DNA of 64,000 nucleotides from Spirochaetales bacterium. GTDB taxonomy: Bacteria; Spirochaetota; GWE2-31-10; MWDO01. The notes beneath the pieces were generated by a model that did not search any database, was not told where the DNA came from, and worked only from the letters and a program-made list of their open reading frames with translations. This document shows positions 10,818 to 23,519 of the stretch, in pieces. Positions within the stretch are counted from its first letter, which is position 1. Every line of letters begins with the position of its first letter. The DNA is taken from NCBI GenBank assembly GCA_017540815.1, contig JAFYAI010000144.1:685-64684 (forward strand), written 5' to 3'. The translations under genes and the position numbers were made by a program.

Positions 10818-11360
10818 TTATTTCTTGGCAGCTTTACCGGCTTTGCGGCGAATTCTTTCATCCGCATACTTAACACCCTTGCCCTTGTACGGTTCAGGCG
10901 GTCGGTACTTCCGAATCTGCGATGACACATGCCCTACGAGCTCTTTATCAATGCCTGACACAGTGAGTTTCACACCTTCTTCTACAGCGATCTTAATGCC
11001 GGCAGGTATTGGATATTTAACATCATGTGAAAATCCCAAATTCAGAACAAGATCCTGTCCTGCGACAGCAGCCTTGTAACCTGTACCAACTATCTCCAAC
11101 TTCTTCTCATAGCCTTTGGAGACACCGATCACCATATTATTTATCAGGACACGATATAACCCATGAGCAGCTTTTGTCTCTTTCAGATCATTAGCTCTCT
11201 CTACGATAACTTTGTTATCTTCGACCTTTGCTGTAATATCGGAATTTGCAATATCCAATGACAGCTTGCCTTTAGAGCCTTCCACATCAATATGACTTCC
11301 GGCGATCTTTACCTGAACACCGTCCGCTAACACTATCGGTAATTTACCTATTCTAGACAT
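10818..11360 (-). CDS. rplF: 50S ribosomal protein L6
   Basis: MSRIGKLPI, RPPEPYKGKGVKY. Confidence 0.98.
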   Translation of the reverse strand: MSRIGKLPIVLADGVQVKIAGSHIDVEGSKGKLSLDIANSDITAKVEDNKVIVERANDLKETKAAHGLYRVLINNMVIGVSKGYEKKLEIVGTGYKAAVAGQDLVLNLGFSHDVKYPIPAGIKIAVEEGVKLTVSGIDKELVGHVSSQIRKYRPPEPYKGKGVKYADERIRRKAGKAAKK

Positions 11361-11431
11361 GTATTTCCATCCTTATTTTTCTTATTTTACAGTCTAAATC
11401 TGTTAAAATCGTGACATTTTTTATTTTAATG

Positions 11432-11460
11432 TTTATACTATATTTTTCTCAATTTGTCAA
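11432..11460 (-). promoter_or_regulatory. Putative internal sigma70 promoter upstream of rplF
   Basis: TTGACA-17 bp-TATAAA on the minus strand in the 105-bp rpsH-rplF gap. Confidence 0.55.
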
Positions 11461-11465
11461 TATTT

Positions 11466-11864
11466 TTACCAAACGGTACACAATATTTCACCGCCGATTT
11501 TCTTTTCAATGGCTTTTCTGCCTGTTGTGATACCTGCGGAGGTTGAAACAATAACTGTTCCTGTTCCGTTGTACAATCGAGGCATATCTTTGTAACCTTT
11601 GTAAATTCGTCGGCCCGGCTTGCTGATTCGCATAATACCGTCAATAACTGACTTGCCGCCCTCATCGTATTTCAGGAAAATTCGAGTCCATTGTTTTTCG
11701 TCTTCTACGATCTTTCTGAAATTTTTAATGTAGCCCTCATTCTTGAGAATTTTGATAATCTCAACTTTCTCCTTAGAAGGGATTACATCTACATACTCGT
11801 GACGAGCAGTAATTGCGTTCTTTATCTTTGCAAGCATATCGCCAATAATATCATGACTAGCCAT
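11466..11864 (-). CDS. rpsH: 30S ribosomal protein S8
   Basis: DIIGDMLAKIKNA, RISKPGRRIY, GGEILCTVW. Confidence 0.97.
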   Translation of the reverse strand: MASHDIIGDMLAKIKNAITARHEYVDVIPSKEKVEIIKILKNEGYIKNFRKIVEDEKQWTRIFLKYDEGGKSVIDGIMRISKPGRRIYKGYKDMPRLYNGTGTVIVSTSAGITTGRKAIEKKIGGEILCTVW

Positions 11865-11891
11865 TTGCAGCTCCTTTTTTATCTGTTATAC

Positions 11892-12077
11892 TTACCATGA
11901 AGATTTTACAACACCCGGGATCTGACCCTCACCGGCGAGTTTGCGGAAACAAATACGACACATATCGAATTTTCGCAAATAACCTCGAGGTCTGCCGCAA
12001 ATTGCACATCGATTATTAGTTCTAATCTTAAACTTCGGTGTCTTGCGATATTTTTCAATCATTGCTTTTCTTGCCAT
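11892..12077 (-). CDS. rpsN: 30S ribosomal protein S14 type Z (Zn-binding)
   Basis: 61 aa, [10 protein letters not shown]...[16 protein letters not shown]. Confidence 0.97.
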   Translation of the reverse strand: MARKAMIEKYRKTPKFKIRTNNRCAICGRPRGYLRKFDMCRICFRKLAGEGQIPGVVKSSW

Positions 12078-12085
12078 ACTAACTC

Positions 12086-12625
12086 CTATCTTTTAACAAA
12101 AGGCATATTAAACATCTGAAGCAGCTTCTTTGCCTCTTCATCAGTCTGTGCTGTTGTAACAAAATTGATATTCAAACCCTTTATATCGTCAATCTTCTCA
12201 AAATTTACTTCCGGGAAAATCAAATGCTCTTTGATACCCATTGAGAAATTGCCACGACCGTCAAATCCTGAAGCCTTAACACCTCGGAAGTCCTTTACTC
12301 GAGGCAAAGATACATTGATGAGTCGATCAAGGAACTCATACATTCTATCTCCGCGAAGAGTAACCATACAGCCGATCTCCATGCCTTCTCGCAGTTTAAA
12401 TCCGGCGATAGACTTCTTAGCTCGTGTCTTAACGGCTCTCTGACCTGCGATCTGAGTGAGTTCCTCAGCTGCTGTCTCCAATTTTTTCTTATCCTGAATG
12501 GCTGCACCAACACCCATACTTAATGTGATTTTGGACAGTTTCGGCACCATCATGACATTGCTGTAATTCTTTTTTAATTCATTAAAAATCTTAGTTTTAT
12601 ATAAAGTTTTTAACCTTGGTTCCAT
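12086..12625 (-). CDS. rplE: 50S ribosomal protein L5
   Basis: [28 protein letters not shown]. Confidence 0.98.
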   Translation of the reverse strand: MEPRLKTLYKTKIFNELKKNYSNVMMVPKLSKITLSMGVGAAIQDKKKLETAAEELTQIAGQRAVKTRAKKSIAGFKLREGMEIGCMVTLRGDRMYEFLDRLINVSLPRVKDFRGVKASGFDGRGNFSMGIKEHLIFPEVNFEKIDDIKGLNINFVTTAQTDEEAKKLLQMFNMPFVKR

Positions 12626-12657
12626 AATGTCTCCTAAACAAACACAAATACCGGCTC

Positions 12658-12984
12658 TTAGTTAATCTCAGCCTTGCATTTTTTGCAGACTCGTACTTTC
12701 TTGCCGTCTTTGATAAGAAATCCAACTCGTGTAGCTTCCTTACACTTCGGACATACAAGCATTACATTGGAGATATCCATGTATGCTTCTACATCTTTAA
12801 TCCCGCCCTGCTCATTCTGATTGCGCCGTCGAATTGTCTTACGAACAACGTTCATACCTTCTACTACAACGCGGCCTTTTTCTCGGTCTACAGATACAAT
12901 TTTACCGGTATTGACAGCTTTTGAAACATCCTTTCCTGCAATAACTTTAACAGTATCACCTTTTTTAAGTTTATTATATTTCAT
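12658..12984 (-). CDS. rplX: 50S ribosomal protein L24
   Basis: [16 protein letters not shown] motif, [10 protein letters not shown]. Confidence 0.97.
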   Translation of the reverse strand: MKYNKLKKGDTVKVIAGKDVSKAVNTGKIVSVDREKGRVVVEGMNVVRKTIRRRNQNEQGGIKDVEAYMDISNVMLVCPKCKEATRVGFLIKDGKKVRVCKKCKAEIN

Positions 12985-13001
12985 TGCTTCACTCCACTTA
13001 C

Positions 13002-13370
13002 TTAAAGAACTTCCGGAGCAAGAGAAACAATCTTCATGTAATCTTTCTCTCGAAGCTCTCTGGCTACAGGTCCAAATACACGTGTTCCTTTTGGATTCTT
13101 GTTTGCATCGATAATAACAACTGCGTTATCATCAAACTTGATATAAGAACCATCCTCGCGTCTGTACTCTCTTGCTATTCGGACGATTACACCCTTAAGA
13201 ATAGCACCCTTCTTTACAGGTCCGTTAGGGATAACATCTCTTGCAGAAACAACAATAATATCTCCTATGGACGCGTATCTTCTTTTTGAACCGCCGATAA
13301 CTTTGATACATTTAACAAGTTTTGCACCGCTGTTATCTGCAACTTTCAGAATTGACTCTTGCTGAATCAT
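13002..13370 (-). CDS. rplN: 50S ribosomal protein L14
   Basis: [36 protein letters not shown]. Confidence 0.98.
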   Translation of the reverse strand: MIQQESILKVADNSGAKLVKCIKVIGGSKRRYASIGDIIVVSARDVIPNGPVKKGAILKGVIVRIAREYRREDGSYIKFDDNAVVIIDANKNPKGTRVFGPVARELREKDYMKIVSLAPEVL

Positions 13371-13385
13371 TGCTATGCCCCCTAC

Positions 13386-13649
13386 TTACTTAACCTTGCT
13401 TACGATCTCTACGACTTTCCAGCATTTATCCTTACTGATAGGCCGTGTAGACTCTATACGAACAGTATCGCCTTTCTTGCACTCATTATTCTCATCATGA
13501 GCCTTGAAGTTCTTGCTCTTTTTAATGTACTTTTTGTACAAAGGATGCAGAACATGATACTGAACATTAACAACTACTGTCTTGTCCATCTTATCGCTTT
13601 TAACGATACCAATCATCGATTTAATAATTTTATTAGCTGTATCACTCAT
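13386..13649 (-). CDS. rpsQ: 30S ribosomal protein S17
   Basis: [30 protein letters not shown]. Confidence 0.97.
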   Translation of the reverse strand: MSDTANKIIKSMIGIVKSDKMDKTVVVNVQYHVLHPLYKKYIKKSKNFKAHDENNECKKGDTVRIESTRPISKDKCWKVVEIVSKVK

Positions 13650-13651
13650 TA

Positions 13652-13876
13652 TTATTTCTCCGAACCTTTAATTTCACCGTAAATTTCCTGCAGTTTTTTC
13701 TCATGAATATAAGTCTTGATTCTGGCAATTTGTCGTCGCAGCTCACGAATCTGAATAGGATTCTCAACAACACTAACAACTTTTTTGAACTGTATGTCTT
13801 TCAAAGTCTTCTTTGCCTTATCCAATTCATTTGAAAGCTCTTCAATAGACTTTTCTTTTAACTCATTTTTTTTCAT
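13652..13876 (-). CDS. rpmC: 50S ribosomal protein L29
   Basis: [18 protein letters not shown]; position between rplP and rpsQ. Confidence 0.95.
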   Translation of the reverse strand: MKKNELKEKSIEELSNELDKAKKTLKDIQFKKVVSVVENPIQIRELRRQIARIKTYIHEKKLQEIYGEIKGSEK

Positions 13877-13900
13877 ATCCAAATCCTTCAGACCTTATTG

Positions 13901-14314
13901 TTATAATGTCTCGCGTTTTACCAACTTCGTTGCGATCGGCAGTTTCTGCCCCGCCAGCCAAAATGCCTGCTGAGCAACTTCTTCCGGCACACCGGAGATC
14001 TCAAAGAGGATCTTACCGGGCAGAACTTTAGCAACATAATACTCAACATTACCTTTACCATTACCCTGTCGAGTTTCTGCCGGTTTCTTTGTATACGGCA
14101 CATCAGGGAATACAGTAATCCAAATATTACCCTGTCTCTTAAGCGTTCTTGTAATAGTTCGACGAGTAGCCTCAATCTGTCTGTTAGTAATCAGTTTCGG
14201 CTCAAGTGCCATCAAACCATAATCACCAAAAACAACTTTATTTCCGCGATGAGCTTCGCCTTTGAATCTCCATCGCTGCAGCTTCCTATATTTCATTCTT
14301 TTTGGCATTAACAT
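13901..14314 (-). CDS. rplP: 50S ribosomal protein L16
   Basis: [31 protein letters not shown]. Confidence 0.97.
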   Translation of the reverse strand: MLMPKRMKYRKLQRWRFKGEAHRGNKVVFGDYGLMALEPKLITNRQIEATRRTITRTLKRQGNIWITVFPDVPYTKKPAETRQGNGKGNVEYYVAKVLPGKILFEISGVPEEVAQQAFWLAGQKLPIATKLVKRETL

Positions 14315-14356
14315 AATCTTACTCCGTGTCTATAAATAACCAATATTTACTGTATT

Positions 14357-15091
14357 TTACTCGTCACCTTTTTTACCGGCAATCTTCTTCTGCTTCTTTA
14401 CAAGCTGACCGGCATCTTCTTTAACATCTTTCTTCAAGATTTCCTTAGTGAAGACCCAAACCTTGATACCGATAATACCATAAGTTGTATTAGCAACTGT
14501 ATAAGCATAATCAATATCTGCTCTCAATGTCTGCAGAGGAATTCGACCTTCCCGATACCACTCAGTTCGAGCCATATCAGCACCGCCCAATCGACCGGCA
14601 CACTGGATCTTGATACCGCTTACACCACCTTTCTTCGCATCAGAGATAGCTTTCTTCATAGCTCTTCTGAACGGAATGCGGGCAGCAATCTGCTTTGCGA
14701 TATTCTGAGCAATCAGCATTGCATTAGACTCAGGCTTCTTAAGATCTTTGATCTTAATATCGATCTTAGCCGATGTAACTTTGCTGATAAGCTTAGTCAG
14801 TTCCTGAATATTCTTACCTTCCTGACCGATAACTATACCCGGACGGGAAGAATTGATATATACAGTCAATCTATCCGGCTTTCGATAAATCTCTACCTTA
14901 GAAATCTCAGCAGCGATCTTTTTGCCTTTCTTGCCGTCATCATTGCTGTAATTGAAATCCATTACGATTTTCTTAATCTTAAGATCCTCATGCAGTGCTT
15001 TTGCATAATTCTTCTTATCGATGAACCAAACCGAATCCCAATTCTTATTTACGCCTACTCTAAATCCGATAGGATTAACTTTCTGTCCCAT
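14357..15091 (-). CDS. rpsC: 30S ribosomal protein S3
   Basis: MGQKVNPIGFR, GRLGGADMAR, GRIPLQTLRADIDY. Confidence 0.98.
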   Translation of the reverse strand: MGQKVNPIGFRVGVNKNWDSVWFIDKKNYAKALHEDLKIKKIVMDFNYSNDDGKKGKKIAAEISKVEIYRKPDRLTVYINSSRPGIVIGQEGKNIQELTKLISKVTSAKIDIKIKDLKKPESNAMLIAQNIAKQIAARIPFRRAMKKAISDAKKGGVSGIKIQCAGRLGGADMARTEWYREGRIPLQTLRADIDYAYTVANTTYGIIGIKVWVFTKEILKKDVKEDAGQLVKKQKKIAGKKGDE

Positions 15092-15438
15092 TACTTGTCT
15101 CCTTCTGCATCAGTCACTTCTACCATAATATGGCAGCTTCGTTTTAAGATTTTCGACGCACGTCCTTTAGAAATCGGATGATACCTCTTCATTGTAGGAC
15201 CACCATCAACAAGAACATTAGATACAACCAAACTCTCCTCAGAAGCAGAACTGTTTGTATTCAAATAATTAGACCGTGCACTGTGAACGAGTTTCTTAAG
15301 AATATCAGCACTCTTGTTTGTCATACACATAAGATATGCTTCAGCATCAGTTACATTCTTATTCTTAATCTCATTTGCTATTCTTCGCACCTTATACGGT
15401 GAGATTCTAATATACTTCGCTTTTGCAACAGCAACCAT
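15091..15438 (-). CDS. rplV: 50S ribosomal protein L22
   Basis: AKYIRISPYKVR, VDGGPTMKR, ILKRSCHI. Confidence 0.97.
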   Translation of the reverse strand: MVAVAKAKYIRISPYKVRRIANEIKNKNVTDAEAYLMCMTNKSADILKKLVHSARSNYLNTNSSASEESLVVSNVLVDGGPTMKRYHPISKGRASKILKRSCHIMVEVTDAEGDK

Positions 15439-15448
15439 AATTCACCCC

Positions 15449-15727
15449 TTAACCTTTTGCTTTCTTCTCAGAACCAGAGTGACCTCTGAATGTTCTGGTC
15501 GGCGAAAACTCACCGAGTTTATGACCTACAAGGTTTTCAGTAACATAAACAGGAATAAACTTTTTTCCGTTATATACATTAATCGTCAAACCAACCATTT
15601 CAGGAAAAACCGTTGATCGTCTTGACCATGTATTGATTGTTTTCTTGCCCGTTCCGTTCTTTATATCAAGAACTTTCTTATACAAGTGCTTGTCAATAAA
15701 CGGACCTTTCTTAATACTTCTTGACAT
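15449..15727 (-). CDS. rpsS: 30S ribosomal protein S19
   Basis: [29 protein letters not shown]. Confidence 0.98.
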   Translation of the reverse strand: MSRSIKKGPFIDKHLYKKVLDIKNGTGKKTINTWSRRSTVFPEMVGLTINVYNGKKFIPVYVTENLVGHKLGEFSPTRTFRGHSGSEKKAKG

Positions 15728-15745
15728 TCGTATCTCCTTATTATA

Positions 15746-16573
15746 TTACTTCTTTCTTCTTCGCAGTATCTGACTTGTTGAAGGTTTCTTCTTGTGTCGA
15801 GTCTTGAAACCTTTTGTCGGCTGACCCCAAGGAGAAACAGGATGTCGTCCACCCTTATTCTTACCTTCACCACCACCATGCGGGTGATCTACAGGGTTCA
15901 TTGTAGTTCCTCGAACTGTAGGCCTGATACCTTTGTATCGTGACTTACCGGCTTTACCAAGGTGAACTTTTGCATAGTCAAGATTACCAACCTGACCGAT
16001 CGTAGCCAAGCAGTTTTCGTTGATATATCTCAACTCACCGGATGGCATCTTCATAATAGCTTTGCCATTCTCAAAACCTGAGATCTGAGCAAAAGAACCT
16101 GCAGACCTTGCGATCTGAGCACCGTTCCCCGGAGTCATCTCAATGTTATGAACAATAGTACCTACAGGAATATCCTTAAGTTTCTTAGCATTACCAATCT
16201 CGATCTTAGCACTGTCACCTGATCGCAGAATCGAACCAACTTCCAGATTATCCGGAGCAACGATATATCGCTTCTCACCATCAGCATAACTGAGCAGTGC
16301 TATATTAGCACTTCGGTTAGGATCGTATTCGATCGAAACAACCTTAGCATCAATATCAAACTTATCTCGTTTAAAATCAATCGCTCTAAGTTTTCTCTTA
16401 TGACCGCCACCTTTATGTCTCGTGGTAATAAAACCGGATCGTGATCTACCACAGCCAGCTTTCTTGCCTTTTGTAAGAGATTTCAATGGCTTATCAACCG
16501 TAATCTCATCAAATGTAAGAACCGTCATATTTCTCAAACTTGGTGTAGACGGCTTAAATCTTCGTATACCCAT
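15746..16573 (-). CDS. rplB: 50S ribosomal protein L2
   Basis: [26 protein letters not shown]. Confidence 0.98.
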   Translation of the reverse strand: MGIRRFKPSTPSLRNMTVLTFDEITVDKPLKSLTKGKKAGCGRSRSGFITTRHKGGGHKRKLRAIDFKRDKFDIDAKVVSIEYDPNRSANIALLSYADGEKRYIVAPDNLEVGSILRSGDSAKIEIGNAKKLKDIPVGTIVHNIEMTPGNGAQIARSAGSFAQISGFENGKAIMKMPSGELRYINENCLATIGQVGNLDYAKVHLGKAGKSRYKGIRPTVRGTTMNPVDHPHGGGEGKNKGGRHPVSPWGQPTKGFKTRHKKKPSTSQILRRRKK

Positions 16574-16584
16574 TTTTTAACCCC

Positions 16585-16872
16585 TTAAACGCCTTCAAAA
16601 ATACCGATTTTATCACCTTTTTTCAAAGTGATAATTGCTTTCTTCTTAGAAGCAGTCGTTCCGATCTTATATCGAACTCTTTTTTTCTTGCCTTTGCAGT
16701 TGATTACATTTACGCTCAACGGCTTAACATTGAACATCTTCTCAACAGCACGAGCGATTGTAATCTTATCAGCATCTTTATTTACTATAAACACATACTT
16801 ATTCTCTTTTTCACGAAGAGTAGTAGTTTTCTCCGTAATCATCGGTCTAATTAAAACTTCATCTAACTCCAT
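16585..16872 (-). CDS. rplW: 50S ribosomal protein L23
   Basis: RPMITEK, KKAIITL. Confidence 0.97.
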   Translation of the reverse strand: MELDEVLIRPMITEKTTTLREKENKYVFIVNKDADKITIARAVEKMFNVKPLSVNVINCKGKKKRVRYKIGTTASKKKAIITLKKGDKIGIFEGV

Positions 16873-16887
16873 CTGCTACCCCCACAA

Positions 16888-17529
16888 TTAATCTTTTATC
16901 TTCAGATTGTCATTAATTCTCATCAATGACTCTTCTGTCACAACTACTTTTTCAGAATAATACAAGTCATGAGCATTCAATCTGTCGCAGTTAAGATTTT
17001 TTACCCACGGAATATTCTTTGATGCGATATATACATTGTTTTCTTTCTCATTAAGGATAAGAGAAATCCGATCCGAAATGATTTTCTTCTCGATAAGCGG
17101 ATTAATCGCAGTCAAGAACTCTTTTGTCTTTGCATTCTCAAGCGGAATCTTATCCAAGATTACCAGATTGCTGTCGAGCAACTTCTGAGAAAAGATAGAT
17201 CTATAAGCCAACTTCTTAATTTTCTTAGGCAGCTTATATGAGAAATCTCTCGGCTTTGGACCGAATGCAACACCACCGCCTGTCCATACAGGATTACGCT
17301 TAGTACCTACACGAGCACGACCTGTACCTTTCTGCTTCCACGGCTTAGTTCCTGAACCGGCAACCTCAGCCTTCGTCTTAACTGATGATGTCCCCTGTCT
17401 TCTGTTAGCCAACTCATTCTTTATAGCTTCGTAAATAGAAGATTTGTTAGGCTTCAGTGCGAACACTTCATCATCGAGTTCTATATCTTTTACTTTATTA
17501 CCTTTAATGTCTATAACTGTAGCTTTCAT
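16888..17529 (-). CDS. rplD: 50S ribosomal protein L4
   Basis: KPWKQKGTGRARVG, GGVAFGPKPR. Confidence 0.98.
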   Translation of the reverse strand: MKATVIDIKGNKVKDIELDDEVFALKPNKSSIYEAIKNELANRRQGTSSVKTKAEVAGSGTKPWKQKGTGRARVGTKRNPVWTGGGVAFGPKPRDFSYKLPKKIKKLAYRSIFSQKLLDSNLVILDKIPLENAKTKEFLTAINPLIEKKIISDRISLILNEKENNVYIASKNIPWVKNLNCDRLNAHDLYYSEKVVVTEESLMRINDNLKIKD

Positions 17530-17564
17530 AAATCAAACCCTTTGTCGTTTTTTAATACCAACAT

Positions 17565-18194
17565 TTATTTACTTTTCTTCTTTGCTTTATTAACATAAAC
17601 CAAAGAATTATTAGGTCCGGGAACAGCCCCTTTCACAAGAACAACATTCTTTTCTTTATCAACTGCAACCAACTGAAGATTAAGAACAGTTACATTGTCA
17701 CCGCCCATTCTGCCGGCTCTTTTCAAACCCTTGAAGACCCTTGAAGGATAAGAACACTGTCCTGTAGAACCGTTCTGTCGGTGAAACTTAGAACCGTGAG
17801 TCTCACGACCACCACCGAAGTTCCAGCGCTTCATAACACCCTGAAAACCTTTACCTTTGCTTACACCGGCGACATCAACAAATTTAACACCATCCAACAG
17901 TTCAAGACCTACAGAATCACCGATCTTGTAAGCATCGGCATTATCCACACGAAATTCTTTCAGATATTTCTTCGGAGCAACACCTTCTTTAAACTGTCCG
18001 GCATAGCACTTAGATGCTTTACCCTCTCTCTCATCTTCATATCCGAGTACAACTGATGTATATCCGTCTCGGTCTGCATTTTTAATATTAACGATTGAAT
18101 TATTTTCAATCTGTATTACTGTCGTCGGAATAATCACACCGTCATCAGAGAAGATCTGTGTCATTCCGATTTTCTTTCCTATCAAACCCAACAT
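17565..18194 (-). CDS. rplC: 50S ribosomal protein L3
   Basis: GKKIGMTQIF, SKGKGFQGVMKRW, VKGAVPG. Confidence 0.98.
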   Translation of the reverse strand: MLGLIGKKIGMTQIFSDDGVIIPTTVIQIENNSIVNIKNADRDGYTSVVLGYEDEREGKASKCYAGQFKEGVAPKKYLKEFRVDNADAYKIGDSVGLELLDGVKFVDVAGVSKGKGFQGVMKRWNFGGGRETHGSKFHRQNGSTGQCSYPSRVFKGLKRAGRMGGDNVTVLNLQLVAVDKEKNVVLVKGAVPGPNNSLVYVNKAKKKSK

Positions 18195-18250
18195 ATTTTA
18201 CCCTTATTATAGAATTTACTTTTTGTGTCTTAAACTAAAACACTTTCCCC

Positions 18251-18559
18251 TTACATATTCTTGATATCGACATCCACTCCGGCTGCAAGTTCCAGTTTCA
18301 TCAGTGACTCCAATGTTCCTTCTACCGGCTCAATATCAATAAGTCTCTTGTGAGTTCTCATCTCGAACTGCTCTCGTGATTTAATGTTCACATTTACAGC
18401 TCGAAGGACAGTAAACTTATTTATCTTTGTTGGTAGAGGAATAGGACCGGAAAATTTTGCATTCGTCTTCTTAACCGCAGCCACTATCGACTTGGCAGCC
18501 TGGTCAACCAACTCAATATCAAAACCTCGTAATCGAACCCTAATCTTATTCATTGCCAT
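18251..18559 (-). CDS. rpsJ: 30S ribosomal protein S10
   Basis: [33 protein letters not shown]; real start is the ATG at 18559 after an AAGGA RBS. Confidence 0.97.
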   Translation of the reverse strand: MAMNKIRVRLRGFDIELVDQAAKSIVAAVKKTNAKFSGPIPLPTKINKFTVLRAVNVNIKSREQFEMRTHKRLIDIEPVEGTLESLMKLELAAGVDVDIKNM

Positions 18560-18650
18560 TTTGCTTATCCTTTTACATAGATATTTTTTCGTTAGTTTAT
18601 ATTCACAGCACACTTTACGAATGTGCAAACAAATCTGTAAAGTATGTGCT

Positions 18651-18679
18651 ATTATAGCATATTTATAAAAAAAAATCAA
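18651..18679 (-). promoter_or_regulatory. sigma70 promoter of the S10 operon
   Basis: TTGATT-17 bp-TATAAT with an extended -10 TG. Confidence 0.75.
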
Positions 18680-19014
18680 TTATTTTTTGCCGTTTTACAG
18701 AAAATATATGCAAAAATTAATGCAATAATTGCCTATACTTCCATACTTAACACACAAAAGCACATTCAAGGCGTGTTTCAAAGCCTTTTTTCATCATAAA
18801 TTCGCTGCTAATAGTGCAAAAACGAATTTACTTCATGCTTTTCCGCATTATTGCGGCTGCTCTGATACGAAAGCGAATTTTTTTGAGAATATTTATATCT
18901 GAGGGTATATCAATAACACCCGTCATAAAATATTTATTCAGAATACTTGCAGTAGACACCGCACTTATTTTGAATAAACACTTACACATCCGCTCTAATG
19001 TATCATATAAATCA

Positions 19015-19048
19015 AACAATATTGCGTTTATAAAACGCAATATTGTTT
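19015..19048 (-). terminator. Hairpin downstream of tuf (probable terminator)
   Basis: AACAATATTGCGTTT / AAACGCAATATTGTT inverted repeat ~10 bp after the tuf stop. Confidence 0.65.
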
Positions 19049-19058
19049 GTGAAATTGA

Positions 19059-20249
<1,191 letters not shown>

Positions 20250-20279
20250 TTGCAATCTCCTTATAAAGAATTGTAAAAT

Positions 20280-22379
20280 TTATTTTGAATATTTTTTTAT
20301 AATCTCATCAGCAACATTTCGCGGAGCTTCCTCATAGTGATCGAACTGCATTGTATAATTTGCTCGACCCTGTGAGAGCGATCTCAACTGAGTTGCATAA
20401 CCAAACATATTTGCCAAAGGAACTTTAGCATCTATTGTCTTGATACCCTTCTTGTCTTCCTGATTCTCTACACGACCTCGTTTCTTGTTAATATCACCAA
20501 TGATATTACCTGTGTATTCATCAGGAGATACAATCTCAACTGCCATAATCGGCTCCAAGAGAACCGGTTTAGCTTTCTGCATACCTTCTTTGAAAGCCTG
20601 AATAGCACATATCTTGAATGACATTTCCGAAGAATCGACTTCGTGATATGATCCATCATATAATGTTGCTTTAATATCAACAACAGGATAACCGGCCAAA
20701 ACACCGTTCTGCATAGCTTCTTCGAGACCTTTCTGGATAGCCGGGATATATTCTTTTGGAATCTTACCGCCGACAACTTCATTCTCGAATACAAATCCTG
20801 CCCCCGGCTCACTCGGTTCAAATCTGATCATTACATGACCATACTGACCGTGACCACCTGACTGCTTAGCATACTTATTGTTAATATCTGATGTACCCGT
20901 AATTGTCTCTCGATACGCAACCTGCGGAGCACCGACATTAGCCTCAACATTGAACTCACGCTTGATACGATCTACGATAATCTCAAGGTGAAGCTCACCC
21001 ATACCTCGGATAATAGTCTGTCCTGTTTCCTGATCTACATTAACTTTGAATGTAGGATCTTCCTCGGCAAGTTTCTGCAGAGCAATACCAAGTTTATCCT
21101 GATCTGCCTTTGACTTAGGCTCGATAGCTATAGATATAACCGGATCAGGGAATACCATCGACTCAAGGATAACAGGAGCAGATTCATCACAAAGCGTATC
21201 ACCTGTCGTTGTGTATTTGAGACCTACAGCAGCGGCAATATCACCGGCATACACTGTATCAATCTCATTTCGCTTATTAGCGTGCATCTGCAGGATACGA
21301 CCGATTCGCTCTTTCTTGCCTGAACAAGCATTATATACATAAGAACCACTTGTCAAAACACCTGAGTAAACTCGGAAGAATGTCAACTTACCAACGAACG
21401 GATCTGTCATAATCTTGAATGCCAAAGCACTGAACTTCTCTTCATCGCTTGACTTTCGTGATACAACTGTATCTTCGCCGGGCAATGTACCTGTAATATC
21501 AGGAACATCAACAGGAGCCGGCAGATAATCGATAACTGCATTAAGCAGCAGCTGAACACCCTTATTCTTGATAGCAGAACCACAAGCCATCGGGAATAAT
21601 TCAGCAGCAATACACCCCTTTCGCAGAGCTTTCTTAATCTGCGGGATAGTTACCTCTGACTCTTTATCATCGAGAACTTTCTCCATAATGTCATCATCAT
21701 AATCTGCAACTTTCTCGATCAAAGAACTTCGGAACTCTTCCATTTTATCTTTAAGATCAGCAGGAACATCAATCTCTTTGTAATTGATAAGTTCCTTAGA
21801 GTTAGCATCAAAAGAGTAAGCCTTTCGCTCGATAATATCAACAACACCTACGAAGTTATCTTCAGCACCGATAGGCAGCATAATAGGAACAGGGTTAGCA
21901 CCGAGCTTATTCTCGACCTGATCCAATACATTGTAGAAATCAGCTCCCATTCGATCCATCTTATTAACGAAGATCATTCGAGGAACATTATATTTAGTTG
22001 CCTGTCTCCATACAGTCTCTGACTGCGGCTGAACACCGCCGACTGAACAGAACACACCAACTGCACCATCAAGAACTCGCAGTGATCGCTCTACCTCAGC
22101 AGTAAAGTCTACGTGTCCCGGAGTGTCGATAATGTTGATTCGGTTACGAATGCCGTCTTTAGTCCAGTATGTTGTAGTTGCAGCAGAAGTAATCGTAATA
22201 CCTCGCTCCTGCTCCTGCTCCATCCAGTCCATCGTCGCCTCACCGTCGTGAACCTCACCAATCTTATGTGATTTACCCGTATAGAACAGAATTCGCTCTG
22301 ACAATGTTGTCTTACCGGCATCAATGTGAGCCATAATTCCGATATTACGTGTATTTTCAAGAGAAACTTCTCTAGCCAT
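20280..22379 (-). CDS. fusA: Elongation factor G
   Basis: [29 protein letters not shown]. Confidence 0.99.
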   Translation of the reverse strand: MAREVSLENTRNIGIMAHIDAGKTTLSERILFYTGKSHKIGEVHDGEATMDWMEQEQERGITITSAATTTYWTKDGIRNRINIIDTPGHVDFTAEVERSLRVLDGAVGVFCSVGGVQPQSETVWRQATKYNVPRMIFVNKMDRMGADFYNVLDQVENKLGANPVPIMLPIGAEDNFVGVVDIIERKAYSFDANSKELINYKEIDVPADLKDKMEEFRSSLIEKVADYDDDIMEKVLDDKESEVTIPQIKKALRKGCIAAELFPMACGSAIKNKGVQLLLNAVIDYLPAPVDVPDITGTLPGEDTVVSRKSSDEEKFSALAFKIMTDPFVGKLTFFRVYSGVLTSGSYVYNACSGKKERIGRILQMHANKRNEIDTVYAGDIAAAVGLKYTTTGDTLCDESAPVILESMVFPDPVISIAIEPKSKADQDKLGIALQKLAEEDPTFKVNVDQETGQTIIRGMGELHLEIIVDRIKREFNVEANVGAPQVAYRETITGTSDINNKYAKQSGGHGQYGHVMIRFEPSEPGAGFVFENEVVGGKIPKEYIPAIQKGLEEAMQNGVLAGYPVVDIKATLYDGSYHEVDSSEMSFKICAIQAFKEGMQKAKPVLLEPIMAVEIVSPDEYTGNIIGDINKKRGRVENQEDKKGIKTIDAKVPLANMFGYATQLRSLSQGRANYTMQFDHYEEAPRNVADEIIKKYSK

Positions 22380-22432
22380 AATATTTTTCCTTAATAATCA
22401 ATAAAGTTTTAACAACCAACTTAACCGACAGA

Positions 22433-22903
22433 TTACCATCTGTAATGAGAGAACGCCTTGTTAGCCTCTGCCATTTTGTGAGTATCCTCTCGCTTCTTGT
22501 AAGAAGAACCAGTCTTGTTAAAAGAATCGATCAACTCACCGGCCAATTTATTATCCATTGTTTTCTCGGATCGCTTGCGTGCATTAGCAATAATCCATCG
22601 CAGAGCAAGTGCATTACCTCGTTCCTTAGGAACTTCGATAGGAACCTGATATGTTGCACCACCAAGTCGTCGCGACTTAACCTCTACAAGCGGACGAACA
22701 TTATCGATAGCTTCTGTTAATGCCTCTACCGGCTCTTTACCTGTCTTCTCAGCCAACTTATCAAGAGCGTTATACATAATGCTTCTTGATACGGACTTCT
22801 TGCCGCGAGACATCATTACATTGATGAACTTAGAAATGAGAATGCTGTTATACTTCTCATCCGGCAAAATCTGTCTTTTGGGAATATACTTATTTCTTGA
22901 CAT
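22433..22903 (-). CDS. rpsG: 30S ribosomal protein S7
   Basis: EVKSRRLGGATYQVP, HKMAEANKAFSHYRW. Confidence 0.98.
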   Translation of the reverse strand: MSRNKYIPKRQILPDEKYNSILISKFINVMMSRGKKSVSRSIMYNALDKLAEKTGKEPVEALTEAIDNVRPLVEVKSRRLGGATYQVPIEVPKERGNALALRWIIANARKRSEKTMDNKLAGELIDSFNKTGSSYKKREDTHKMAEANKAFSHYRW

Positions 22904-22957
22904 ACTCCGACTATCTCCTTAATTAATTTCTTATAACTGTTCTTTATCAATCAAATC

Positions 22958-23332
22958 TTAAGCCTTTGGCTTCTTTGTACCATACTTTGATCGGCTTCGT
23001 TTTCGGTCATTAACACCGAGTGAATCCAAAGCACCACGAACAACATGGTATCGAACACCAGGTAAGTCCTTAACACGTCCGCCTCGCACGAGAACAACTG
23101 AGTGTTCCTGCAAATTGTGTCCCACACCCGGAATATAGGAAGTTACTTCAAAACCGGAAGTCAGACGAACACGGCAAGCCTTTCTCAAAGCTGAGTTAGG
23201 CTTCTTAGGTGTCAGTGTCATTACTCTTGTGCATACGCCCCGTCTCTGCGGGCAGCTCTTCAGTGCAGGCGACTTAGTCTTCGACTTTACGCTCTTTCGA
23301 CCTGTTCTAATCAACTGATTAATTGTTGGCAT
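22958..23332 (-). CDS. rpsL: 30S ribosomal protein S12
   Basis: [27 protein letters not shown]. Confidence 0.99.
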   Translation of the reverse strand: MPTINQLIRTGRKSVKSKTKSPALKSCPQRRGVCTRVMTLTPKKPNSALRKACRVRLTSGFEVTSYIPGVGHNLQEHSVVLVRGGRVKDLPGVRYHVVRGALDSLGVNDRKRSRSKYGTKKPKA

Positions 23333-23461
23333 TTACTGTCTCCGTTAATAAATTATTTATATCTGTTATACAACCAATATTCTGTTTAATATACATCATG
23401 CTGCACTGTCCGATGACCGAAAACCACCGTATATACACAGTGACAGACATTCATAGAGTGA

Positions 23462-23490
23462 ATTATACCAAAAAATAATTTTTGTGTCAA
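23462..23490 (-). promoter_or_regulatory. Consensus sigma70 promoter of the str operon
   Basis: Perfect TTGACA-17 bp-TATAAT on the minus strand, ~130 bp upstream of rpsL. Confidence 0.85.
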
Positions 23491-23519
23491 TGTTTTTTTA
23501 CGTTATTGAAGAGATTTTG

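Noticed and set aside
22958-23332. Streptomycin-resistance alleles in rpsL
   Set aside because: The PKKPNS and RVKDLP motifs are wild type.
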